Source: Candidatus Fimihabitans intestinipullorum
GTDB lineage: Bacteria > Bacillota_I > Bacilli_A > RF39 > UBA660
DNA: 64,000 bases
Direction: 5' to 3'
Assembly (NCBI GenBank): GCA_018714965.1
Contig: DVML01000025.1
Location: forward strand, 96,489 to 160,488
The notes beneath the pieces were generated by a model that worked only from the letters and a program-made list of their open reading frames with translations, did no database searches and was not told the DNA's origin. Below are positions 56,074-64,000 of the stretch, piece by piece (the first letter of the stretch is position 1; each line of letters begins with the position of its first letter). The translations under genes were made by a program, and so were the position numbers.

Positions 56074-56925
56074 ATGGAAAATAATAAATTTAATGAAAAT
56101 GATCAAGATGATCAAGTTGCAAAATTTTTAGCAAAATTTGATAGGATTAAAACATCTGAAGAAATTGAAAAAGAAAAAGAAGAATACAAAAAAGAAATTT
56201 TATCTAAAGGATTTCTTCCAATAAATGATGAATTGAATGAAACTATGAATAGTTCGATGGAAGTTGTTGAAAAAAATCCTAGAACATTTATAATTGAGGA
56301 ATGTGTTCCTGCATGTAAAGAGTTATGGGAAAAAAACATTTATACATTTATGGTTAGTAATCATTTAAACGAGGGAGTTTGTTGGATAGAAGTTATTTTG
56401 GATAATTTATCAGATGAAAATAAAAGGATTTTTGCTCAATTAGAAGGAGAAGATATAATCAAATTTTCTTACCATGAAGGATGTGTTAACTTTGGAGTAA
56501 AATGTGTTGGAGCCCAAGCCCAAGCAAGATTGTTAGAATTAGCTCAAAAATTTCAAATGCAAGATGTTCCATATGGAGAAGCATATATTACATTGCCAGA
56601 ATACCTAATAAGCTGTGGTTGTTACGATGAGGTTGAAAATCCTAATTATGTTCCAATGACTGAACCTTGGAATATGGATTTACCAATGGATCAGATAGCA
56701 GATTATCTAATTAAATATGATGAATGGAAAGATTCAGATAAGAGTAAAAAAACTCATAAAGTATTTAATCAAACAAAAATGGCTAAACCATTAGAAGAAT
56801 ATTTTGATGGTACTGGTGTTGTTTATGATGGTGACAGAGTATATTTGAGCGATTATCATTACAAAAAACACATGAATTATGTTAATAGTTTAGAAAAAAC
56901 GCAAGGTTCCAAACACAAAAATTAG
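56074..56925 (+). CDS. hypothetical protein (283 aa), islet cargo
   Basis: Good RBS GAGAGGAG. Acidic N-terminus and several Cys pairs (CVPAC, CGC). No family recognised. Confidence 0.55.
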   Translation: MENNKFNENDQDDQVAKFLAKFDRIKTSEEIEKEKEEYKKEILSKGFLPINDELNETMNSSMEVVEKNPRTFIIEECVPACKELWEKNIYTFMVSNHLNEGVCWIEVILDNLSDENKRIFAQLEGEDIIKFSYHEGCVNFGVKCVGAQAQARLLELAQKFQMQDVPYGEAYITLPEYLISCGCYDEVENPNYVPMTEPWNMDLPMDQIADYLIKYDEWKDSDKSKKTHKVFNQTKMAKPLEEYFDGTGVVYDGDRVYLSDYHYKKHMNYVNSLEKTQGSKHKN

Positions 56926-56988
56926 ATAAAGTTACCAGATTTTTATATATCAATCGTCTTTGAGAGAATGTTATAGATTACTACGATA

Positions 56989-57033
56989 CTTGCACCATAG
57001 GGGAATTAGTCAGACTAGACGACTTTAAATATA
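56989..57033 (+). repeat. direct repeat copy 2 (duplicated tRNA-Leu 3' end plus hairpin), att-like
   Basis: CTTGCACCAT is followed by a hairpin and terminator with the same architecture as the sequence downstream of the tRNA. Confidence 0.7.
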
Positions 57034-57209
57034 GAATCAATCAGAAATGATTGATTATTTTTTACAAAAAGATTGTACAAGCGATTTAATATTACTGTCA
57101 AAATATATAAGAGGGTTAATTATTAGTTCAAAACAAAATATAGTATTATGATTCATTTGCACGTCGAAAATATTTAAAGTGATGTTATAATATATTCAGG
57201 TGGTAAATA

Positions 57210-58220
57210 ATGATTGATAATTATTTAAATCTATTTATCGATAATGATTATCCTAATTTTATAGATAAATATTTAAATACAAAAACATTAAATAGAATTA
57301 AAAATGTTACTTACTTTTGTGGCTGCGATTATACTAAGTTATATAGTCCATTATTTTTATATACTAGATTTGATCATAGCTTAGTTGTTGCACATATGAC
57401 ATGGCATTTTACTCATGATAAGATACAAACGATTGCTGCTCTTTTGCATGATGTTGGAACACCTTGTTTTGCACATTGTATAGACTATGTTTTTGGTGAT
57501 TATATAAATCAGGAATCTTCTGAAAAAGAGATTATAGATGTTATAAAGTATGATAAGGAATTGCTGTCTTATTTAAATGAAGATGGTATTACTTTAAATA
57601 ATTTAACTAAATTAGAAAAATTTCCTATACTAGAAAACAGTTCTCCTCAATTATGTACTGATCGATTAGATGGTGTGCTTTCTACTTGTTATATTTGGCT
57701 TCATACCCATTCGTTAGATCAAATTAAAAATGTATATGACAATTTGATAGTCTTAACAAACGAATATGGTAATCCAGAGCTTGGTTTTAAAAATCAGGAT
57801 ATAGCAGATTGCTTTGTATCGATGGTTGCTGTTTATGCAAAAGAATTGCAAAAAAATGAAGATAAATATGTTATGAAATATGTTTCGGAAGTTGTAAAGT
57901 TGGCTGTTGCTCAAAAACTTATAACTTTAAATGATTTATATGAAAAACAAGAAAAGGATATTGTAAATATTTTTGCTAATAATTTTTCTTCATGGAATCT
58001 TTTTGCGAGTGCAACAACAGTGACTAGAACAGAGGCTAAACCTACAGGTTTTTATATATCTTTTTGTGCTAAAAAAAGGAATACAATTCCACTAGTGAAT
58101 AGTTCTAATCATATTAATAGAATTGACAAAGTTTCAAAGAAAGCTAAGAGAATATATTCTGAATTAGAAAATTATCAAGATACTAAATTTGCATATGTTA
58201 AAACATTAAAACGGTTGTAG
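57210..58220 (+). CDS. HD-domain metal-dependent phosphohydrolase (COG1078-like)
   Basis: LNRIKNV...RFDHSLVVAHM...LLHDVGTPCFAH resembles dNTPase-type HD proteins. The gene is very AT-rich. Confidence 0.7.
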   Translation: MIDNYLNLFIDNDYPNFIDKYLNTKTLNRIKNVTYFCGCDYTKLYSPLFLYTRFDHSLVVAHMTWHFTHDKIQTIAALLHDVGTPCFAHCIDYVFGDYINQESSEKEIIDVIKYDKELLSYLNEDGITLNNLTKLEKFPILENSSPQLCTDRLDGVLSTCYIWLHTHSLDQIKNVYDNLIVLTNEYGNPELGFKNQDIADCFVSMVAVYAKELQKNEDKYVMKYVSEVVKLAVAQKLITLNDLYEKQEKDIVNIFANNFSSWNLFASATTVTRTEAKPTGFYISFCAKKRNTIPLVNSSNHINRIDKVSKKAKRIYSELENYQDTKFAYVKTLKRL

Positions 58221-58238
58221 ATGATTTTCCAATCGAAA

Positions 58239-58281
58239 TTAGCACTCACCACTTGACATTGCTAATATAGAGTGCTATAAT
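58239..58281 (+). promoter_or_regulatory. hsp20 promoter embedded in a CIRCE-like inverted repeat
   Basis: TTAGCACTC 58239-58247 and GAGTGCTAT 58270-58278 flank TTGACA 58253-58258. A 17-nt spacer leads to TATAAT 58276-58281. Confidence 0.6.
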
Positions 58282-58378
58282 GAAAATGTAGGAGATAGGG
58301 AATCTCCTCACAGGTATTATATATTATAATTATGTGCTACCTAAGGCAACACATAAAAGGGGAAAGGAAGTAGATAAT

Positions 58379-58801
58379 ATGATGATGGTACCTAGAAGAA
58401 ATGAGTTTGATTTGTTGGAAGATATGTTTCGTGATCCATTCTTTCATCACAACGAAAGCAAAGTGATGAAAACTGATATTAAAGAGAATAAGGATTCTTA
58501 TTCTATCGAAGTGGATTTACCTGGATACGACAAGAACGATATCAAGGTAGATGTTGAAGATGGATATTTGACGATTCATGCTTCTATGAACAAAGATAAC
58601 GAAGAGAAGGAAGATGGAAAATTCGTCCGTCGAGAAAGATATTTCGGAGAATGTTCACGTAGTTTTTATGTAGGAGATAATATCGAAACAGAAGATGTCA
58701 AAGCTTCATTTAAGAACGGAACATTGAAACTTGAAATTCCTAAGAAAGAAGAAACGAAGGAACTTCCAGAGAAGAAATATGTAGAAATCGAAGGAGAATA
58801 A
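58379..58801 (+). CDS. Hsp20/alpha-crystallin small heat-shock protein
   Basis: Alpha-crystallin domain DIKENKDSYSIEVDLPGYDKNDIKV...FKNGTLKLEIPK. ATG 58379 follows GGAAAGGAAG. Confidence 0.92.
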   Translation: MMMVPRRNEFDLLEDMFRDPFFHHNESKVMKTDIKENKDSYSIEVDLPGYDKNDIKVDVEDGYLTIHASMNKDNEEKEDGKFVRRERYFGECSRSFYVGDNIETEDVKASFKNGTLKLEIPKKEETKELPEKKYVEIEGE

Positions 58802-58895
58802 GTAGTATAGAAAAAGGTGCTTCAAGCATCTTTTTTTGTCGTTGAAAAATGAAATGATATATGATATACTTATAAATAGAATAGGTGGGATGGCA

Positions 58896-59432
58896 ATGAA
58901 GGTACTAATTGCAAGTGACATTCATGGTTCATTTTATTATGCGAAAGAATTAGCAACTGCAATCAAAAAGGAAAAACCGGATAAAATTGTATTACTGGGG
59001 GATTTATATTATCATGGTGTACGTAATCCACTACCTAAAGATTATGCACCAAAGAAAGTAGCAAATTTACTCAATACTTTCAGATCGAAGTTAGAAGTTG
59101 TAAAGGGAAATTGTGATTCAGAGGTAGACGAGATGGTATCTGAATTTCCGTTTTATAGTTCTATTACGATGAATTTTGCTGGAAAACGAATATTTTTTAC
59201 ACATGGACATCACTATGATATGAAAAGACTTCCGAATAAGAAAATAGATATTATGATATACGGACATGTACATACCGGCTGGATCAAAGAACAGAATGAA
59301 ATCATCTTTGCAAACCCTGGAAGTGTTTCTCTTCCAAAACAGGAGTCTGAACGTAGTTATCTCGTTTTAACTGAGAAGTCGTTGATGTTAAAGTCATTAG
59401 AAGGGCGTGTATTACAGACGAAATTTCTTTAA
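58896..59432 (+). CDS. YfcE/MJ0936-family metallophosphoesterase
   Basis: SDIHG, GDLYYHG, GNCD and HGH motifs. ATG 58890 is an alternative start. Confidence 0.85.
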   Translation: MKVLIASDIHGSFYYAKELATAIKKEKPDKIVLLGDLYYHGVRNPLPKDYAPKKVANLLNTFRSKLEVVKGNCDSEVDEMVSEFPFYSSITMNFAGKRIFFTHGHHYDMKRLPNKKIDIMIYGHVHTGWIKEQNEIIFANPGSVSLPKQESERSYLVLTEKSLMLKSLEGRVLQTKFL

Positions 59433-59457
59433 ATCACTTCGGTGATTTTTCTTTTTT
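59431..59457 (+). terminator. intrinsic terminator
   Basis: Stem AAATCAC 59431-59437 / GTGATTT 59442-59448, followed by a T-run. Confidence 0.75.
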
Positions 59458-59504
59458 TATCTTAATTTATTTATGTTATAATAATGTTAGATAGGAGTGG
59501 GGTT

Positions 59505-60173
59505 ATGACGATATTGCTAGGATATTCTCTTACTTTTTTGTATATTTTCTTAGTGATGGGATTGACTGCACTAGTTTCGAAACGGTTTCATACTAATAAA
59601 GAAATTTCTAGAAAGATGATCCATATTGGAGTATCTTTCAGTTTCTTTATCATTTATTATTTTTTAGGGAATACTTGGTATGCATGTATTCCACCGTTCC
59701 TTTTTATTATATTAAACTATATATCTTATAAAAAAGGATTATTTCAAATAATGGAACGTAGCGGTAAAGAAGAGACGCCAGGTACTGTTTATTATGCACT
59801 CAGTATGTTTTTACTAGCTGTCATATCTTTGATGAACGAAACCTTCTTGTGCTCTTTTGGAATTGGTTTTTTCTGTATGGCACTAGGAGATGGGGTTGCC
59901 CCTATCATAGGAAAGAAGATTTCTTCATATCGATTTTCTAATGGGAAGACAATCGTCGGTAGTATTTGCATGTGTCTAATTTCTATGTTTGTAGCACTAT
60001 TTTTCTGTTATTTTTATTCTTATCCTATTTATATTTCGTTTGTATGTATGGTAGGAATTGCGAGTATGATCTTAGAATGGTTAGGAACGAAGGGCCTAGA
60101 TAATTTACTTGTTCCAATTGGGGTTTCCTTCATTAGTTATGGAGGGATGTTGATGTATGGAATTATTGTTTAG
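59505..60173 (+). CDS. CTP-dependent polyprenol/phytol/dolichol kinase-family membrane protein (CdsA superfamily)
   Basis: Polytopic protein. RKMIHIG and GDGVAPIIGKK resemble the phytol/dolichol kinase motif GDxxAxxxG. ATG 59505 follows AGGAGTGGGG. Confidence 0.7.
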   Translation: MTILLGYSLTFLYIFLVMGLTALVSKRFHTNKEISRKMIHIGVSFSFFIIYYFLGNTWYACIPPFLFIILNYISYKKGLFQIMERSGKEETPGTVYYALSMFLLAVISLMNETFLCSFGIGFFCMALGDGVAPIIGKKISSYRFSNGKTIVGSICMCLISMFVALFFCYFYSYPIYISFVCMVGIASMILEWLGTKGLDNLLVPIGVSFISYGGMLMYGIIV

Positions 60174-60942
60174 TCTAGGGTTGAGTGCATTCCTTGCACT
60201 TGTGGCAATTTATAAAAAAGCGTTGACTTATTTTGCAACTTTGATAGCATTCTTATCTTCTGTCGTTATTACTTATTGCGGTGGAATTCCTGCTTTTTTG
60301 GTTTTGGCGATGACTTTTATCGGTACGTTGGTTGCAGATAAAGTTTCCATCAGGAGAAAAGAAAAGATATTTGATTCTACTAACGAAAAACATGGTAGAC
60401 GAGATACGATCCAGATTCTTTGTAATGTGGGTGTAGCAACGGGTGCTATTTTACTATATGGAATTTTCAAAGATGAAAAATTCTTTTGGGTGTATGCATC
60501 TGTCATGGCATCATCATTAGCCGATAGTATGGCAAGTGAAATTGGCGTCTTAACAAAAGGAAAAACGTTTGATTTACGAACTGGTAAAGTAGTAGAAAGA
60601 GGTCTGTCTGGTGGTGTTTCTGTTTTAGGACTGCAAGCTTCTTTTGTTGGAGCACTTACTATTGCTCTGATTACAATGAGTTTCGATTTTTCTATCCTAG
60701 GTTTAGGTATTGTTACATTTTGTGGATGGTTTGGAGCTTTTATAGATAGTTTATTGGGGGCTTTATTCCAAGTAAAGTATCGCTGTCTTATATGTCAAAA
60801 GTTGACGGAGAAGCGTATACATTGTAAGCATGAAACAATATATCAAAGTGGAATTCGTTGGTTAAATAACGATGCTGTGAATTTATGTAATAATATCATA
60901 ACGTTTTTCATTTCGTTGTCGATATTAATTTTTCTATATTAA
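60157..60942 (+). CDS. DUF92 / TMEM19 / VTE6-family integral membrane protein
   Basis: SSLADSMASEIGVL (ADxxASExG) and GGVSVLG motifs. C-terminal CxxC...C. Overlaps the upstream kinase-like gene by 17 nt. Confidence 0.7.
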   Translation: MELLFSLGLSAFLALVAIYKKALTYFATLIAFLSSVVITYCGGIPAFLVLAMTFIGTLVADKVSIRRKEKIFDSTNEKHGRRDTIQILCNVGVATGAILLYGIFKDEKFFWVYASVMASSLADSMASEIGVLTKGKTFDLRTGKVVERGLSGGVSVLGLQASFVGALTIALITMSFDFSILGLGIVTFCGWFGAFIDSLLGALFQVKYRCLICQKLTEKRIHCKHETIYQSGIRWLNNDAVNLCNNIITFFISLSILIFLY

Positions 60943-60963
60943 ATAATAGATCGGAGTGGTTGT

Positions 60964-61782
60964 ATGTTAGAGGTTTTGCCATATTCTGTAGAAACTTTGA
61001 TACTTTTATTCTTCATTTATTCTTTTTGTGGATGGTGTATGGAATCGTTTTTGCAGTTAATTGAAAAAAGAAAATTTATTAATCGCGGTTTTTTTATAGG
61101 GCCATATTGTCCTATCTATGGGAGTGGTGGGATTCTTATGACTATTTTTTTGAGAGAGTTGGAATCTTCTCCATTTCAGTTACTTTTAGCTTCTACTTTA
61201 CTATGTACGGGATTAGAGTATGTAACGAGCTATTTGATGGAGAAGCTATTTAAAGCACGTTGGTGGGATTATTCTCATAAATTATTTCATTTGAATGGAC
61301 GAGTGTGTTTAGAAAATGCGATTTTGTTTGGGTTTGCAGGTGTTTTATTAATTCGTTATATCAATCCATTATTGTTGAGTGTCACAAATGCGATTCCTGG
61401 AAATCTTAAAATATGGTTATCAGGATTACTTGTCGGAATTTTTCTTTTAGATAATATCGTTTCATTTGCAATTATTGGAAGTTTTAGAAAGACTGTTGCA
61501 CGTACGGCGGAGGATAATACAGAAGAGATTACGCAACGCGTCAAAGCCGTGACGGACGAGTTAAAAGTAGGAGTGCATGAAAAAGCGACGACTGCTATTA
61601 CGGTCATCACAAAATTAATTGCTGATGCTCGAAAAGAATCGACGAAAAAGATTAAGACGATGTTTGAAAAAAGTCCTTATTTATATCGCCGATTATTACA
61701 AGCATATCCCAACTTAGAAATCAGAGGGGTTTCATTTCGTAAAATAAAAAAAGAAATTTTAAAAAAGATCAAGGGAAATTAA
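60964..61782 (+). CDS. DUF1113 / CmpB-like membrane protein (so-called type IV putative ABC permease)
   Basis: FFIYSFCGWCMESF...RGFFIGPYCPIYGSGG is typical of that family. Confidence 0.6.
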   Translation: MLEVLPYSVETLILLFFIYSFCGWCMESFLQLIEKRKFINRGFFIGPYCPIYGSGGILMTIFLRELESSPFQLLLASTLLCTGLEYVTSYLMEKLFKARWWDYSHKLFHLNGRVCLENAILFGFAGVLLIRYINPLLLSVTNAIPGNLKIWLSGLLVGIFLLDNIVSFAIIGSFRKTVARTAEDNTEEITQRVKAVTDELKVGVHEKATTAITVITKLIADARKESTKKIKTMFEKSPYLYRRLLQAYPNLEIRGVSFRKIKKEILKKIKGN

Positions 61783-61874
61783 TATTCTAATTATAAAGGC
61801 ATATTAACTATGCTTTTTTTCTGTACTTATACAATAGAGTATGATATGATATGAAATACTTTGGAGGGGATTAT

Positions 61875-62675
61875 ATGTCACAAAGGGAAGCACTTGATTA
61901 TTTGTTTCGAGTAATGAGAGAGGAAAATGAGACTTTTGGAAATGTTACGAGAAAGCAAATTTATCATAAGATTCGATACGATGGACTTCGAGATTGTAAA
62001 CCGGGAGAAATTTTGCGGAAGGAAGAAAATGTACGTCTTAAAAATTTAAAGAAAATGAGATCGGAACAGGTCGAAATATTTTTTGATCAAGAGATAGAAA
62101 ACTGCATGATTCCAGTGCAGGAACGGAAGAAGCATAGGGTGTTTTCGATTGTTTCAAAAGAAACTATGCAATCGATAGACGATCCGTGTCGACTTTATTT
62201 TTCTGTACGCACAGGTTCATATGGGGAATTCTATGAAGGAATATTTCGCTATATCACAGAACATTGTCTAAATATCCAGGGGATGTTGAGTCAATATTAT
62301 CAAAATGACGCGGTTGTTCTTATTTGTGATCAACGAGATGTAAGCGAAATTTCTCGCTATGTGCAGCAAGAATACTCTGATTGCCTTTCTGAGATTACAC
62401 CATTCATTCCGTCGCTGAATGGAATAGGGTATATAAGAGGAAATTATGACTACATGAGAGAAATAGCCGGAATGATATATACTTACATACAGTTTTTAAA
62501 ATCGAAAAGAATTTCGAGTCGATATATAAACGTAGATTATTTTTACGAGTTTTTAAAGCGGATTGCAGCTCAAAAAAGTTCTGTTGATCCGTGTATATCT
62601 GATATGTTTTTCGCATTTGAAATGATTGTGCTTGGAACTTTTGAGAAGAAGAAAGCAAAACAATTTTTTTACTAA
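61875..62675 (+). CDS. hypothetical protein (266 aa)
   Basis: ATG 61875 follows GGAGGGG. No family recognised. Confidence 0.5.
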   Translation: MSQREALDYLFRVMREENETFGNVTRKQIYHKIRYDGLRDCKPGEILRKEENVRLKNLKKMRSEQVEIFFDQEIENCMIPVQERKKHRVFSIVSKETMQSIDDPCRLYFSVRTGSYGEFYEGIFRYITEHCLNIQGMLSQYYQNDAVVLICDQRDVSEISRYVQQEYSDCLSEITPFIPSLNGIGYIRGNYDYMREIAGMIYTYIQFLKSKRISSRYINVDYFYEFLKRIAAQKSSVDPCISDMFFAFEMIVLGTFEKKKAKQFFY

Positions 62676-62746
62676 AATCATTTTTTTCATTAAAGTGTTG
62701 GAAACAACACTTTTTCATGTTATACTGTATCAAGGTAGGTGATGAC

Positions 62747-63901
62747 ATGCAAGAAGCATTATCGCAAATGGTTCATATAAATTTTATATTAGTGTTTCTG
62801 GAGGGAATGTTTTCGTTTTTTTCACCTTGTATTTTTCCGTTGATTCCACTTTATTTGAGTTATCTATCTGGCAATGAAAATAAAAAAGGAACTTATATAA
62901 TACGTACGATTTTCTTTGTATTAGGAATTTCTTCCGCCTTTTTCTTGCTTGGCTTATCGATGTTGTGGCTTGGAAATTTTTTAAATTTAGAACAGTCTAT
63001 TTTACAGTTAATCGGTGGATGTATTATATTGTTATTCGGTTTTTTTCAATTAGATATTATTCACATTCCTTGGTTAAAACAAAATCATAATTTACAAGAT
63101 GCTTTAAAGTGGAAGAAAACAGGATATTTCAGTGCCTTTTTAATGGGATTTTGCTTTTCGTTTGCATGGAGTCCTTGTGTTGGACCCATGTTATCTTCAG
63201 TACTTTTACTAGCAGGGACGAGTAGCAGCGCGATTGTAGGAAATTTATATATTTTGATCTATGCACTTGGTTTTTTAATTCCTTTTTTAATCCTTGGCTT
63301 TTTTGCAACGCATTTGTTAGAATATTTTCGCAGAAAGCCTACGTTTTTTGATGGGGTTGTAAAATTAGGTGGGATTATTTTAATTGTAATTGGGGGTATG
63401 ATGATGGTGACCGCATGGAATAAAAAGCCATCGACTGTAGAAGATCATTATTTGAATCGGAATGTGGAAGTCTTCGAACATGAATTTTCGTTGAAGGATA
63501 CGAAAGGAACGACGAGACATTTGGAAAATATGAAAGGTAGCGTTATCTTTTTGAATTTTCTAGATATGGAATGTATTCCTTGTAAAGAGGAAGTGAAAGA
63601 TATAGAAAAGTTGTATCGATCTTATGGACGCAATCAAAAAGATGTTAAAATATATGGTATCGTATCTTCTCCTACGTGGAAACAAGGAGAAAAGGATGTG
63701 AAGAAATTTCAGAAAGAACATCATCTTACTTTTCCGATTTTAATTGATGAACGTGGCAAAGTGACAGCAAATTATCAAGTGACAAGTTATCCGACAACTT
63801 ATATGGTTGACAAAAATGGCAAAATCTACGGTAAGATGATCGGAGCTCTTTCCTATGAAATGATGGGTGAAATGATAGAACAAACAAAAAAAGGAGACTA
63901 A
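62747..63901 (+). CDS. CcdA/DsbD-type thiol-disulfide transporter fused to a C-terminal TlpA/ResA-like thioredoxin domain
   Basis: FFSPCIFPLIP and WSPCVGP membrane Cys motifs, plus a periplasm-type Trx domain with CIPC. Confidence 0.8.
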   Translation: MQEALSQMVHINFILVFLEGMFSFFSPCIFPLIPLYLSYLSGNENKKGTYIIRTIFFVLGISSAFFLLGLSMLWLGNFLNLEQSILQLIGGCIILLFGFFQLDIIHIPWLKQNHNLQDALKWKKTGYFSAFLMGFCFSFAWSPCVGPMLSSVLLLAGTSSSAIVGNLYILIYALGFLIPFLILGFFATHLLEYFRRKPTFFDGVVKLGGIILIVIGGMMMVTAWNKKPSTVEDHYLNRNVEVFEHEFSLKDTKGTTRHLENMKGSVIFLNFLDMECIPCKEEVKDIEKLYRSYGRNQKDVKIYGIVSSPTWKQGEKDVKKFQKEHHLTFPILIDERGKVTANYQVTSYPTTYMVDKNGKIYGKMIGALSYEMMGEMIEQTKKGD

Positions 63902-64000
63902 CGAGGAGTTTCCTTTTTCTTTTGCATTTGATCATATTGTTTATAAAGATATTGCACGTGATTTTCTAAAAAGAAATAATGTAGAACATAAAAGATTAAA

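Larger units (their letters stand above)
55134..56988. mobile_element. degraded AT-rich integrative islet inserted at the tRNA-Leu 3' end
   Basis: Bounded by the duplicated tRNA 3' end. Visibly lower GC than the flanks. Carries a serine-recombinase stub and has no intact integrase. Confidence 0.6.

Noticed and set aside
63941-64000. Minus-strand open frame running into the right window edge (...FNLLCSTLFLFRKSRAISL-stop at 63941)
   Set aside because: Only 19 codons are visible, which is too little to call a gene or a family.

Overview
Low-GC Bacillota (Firmicutes) chromosomal segment, densely coding and mostly housekeeping. The gene order (radC-mreCD-spoIVFA/B-like-rplU-prp-rpmA...obg; dnaB-dnaI; rsmE-mtaB; perR-rbr-dfx) and the anaerobe oxidative-stress genes suggest an anaerobic lineage derived from spore-formers (Clostridia or Erysipelotrichia-like); the exact taxon cannot be determined from this sequence. 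I call about 75 CDS, one tRNA-Leu(GAG) and a glmS ribozyme. Two short genes are missing from the ORF track: rpmB (L28) and a 56-aa ORF. Non-routine content: (1) a roughly 600-nt non-coding transcript running from promoter to terminator at 38.2-38.8 kb. It is joined directly to a 4-TM DUF21-like membrane protein gene, followed by mgtC and preceded by a degenerate RNB (RNase II/R-like) protein, which makes it a candidate OLE/OapA-type RNP locus or a new large RNA. (2) An orphan rnfC plus an rnfD::rnfG-like fusion, with no rnfE/A/B. (3) yigZ followed by three tandem divergent TPR-like paralogs. (4) A roughly 1.9-kb AT-rich islet at tRNA-Leu with a duplicated tRNA 3' end, a serine-recombinase stub and two unknown ORFs, followed by an AT-rich HD-domain gene. 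(5) A collagen-like GXY protein with 27-nt tandem repeats. (6) A Cna-B-type surface protein with a VPNTS sorting signal and an atypical sortase. (7) An overlapping polyprenol-kinase-like gene pair. (8) Two conserved genes (radC, spoIVFB-like) whose conserved N-termini lie upstream of any canonical start codon. All family assignments come from motif recognition by eye; no searches were run.
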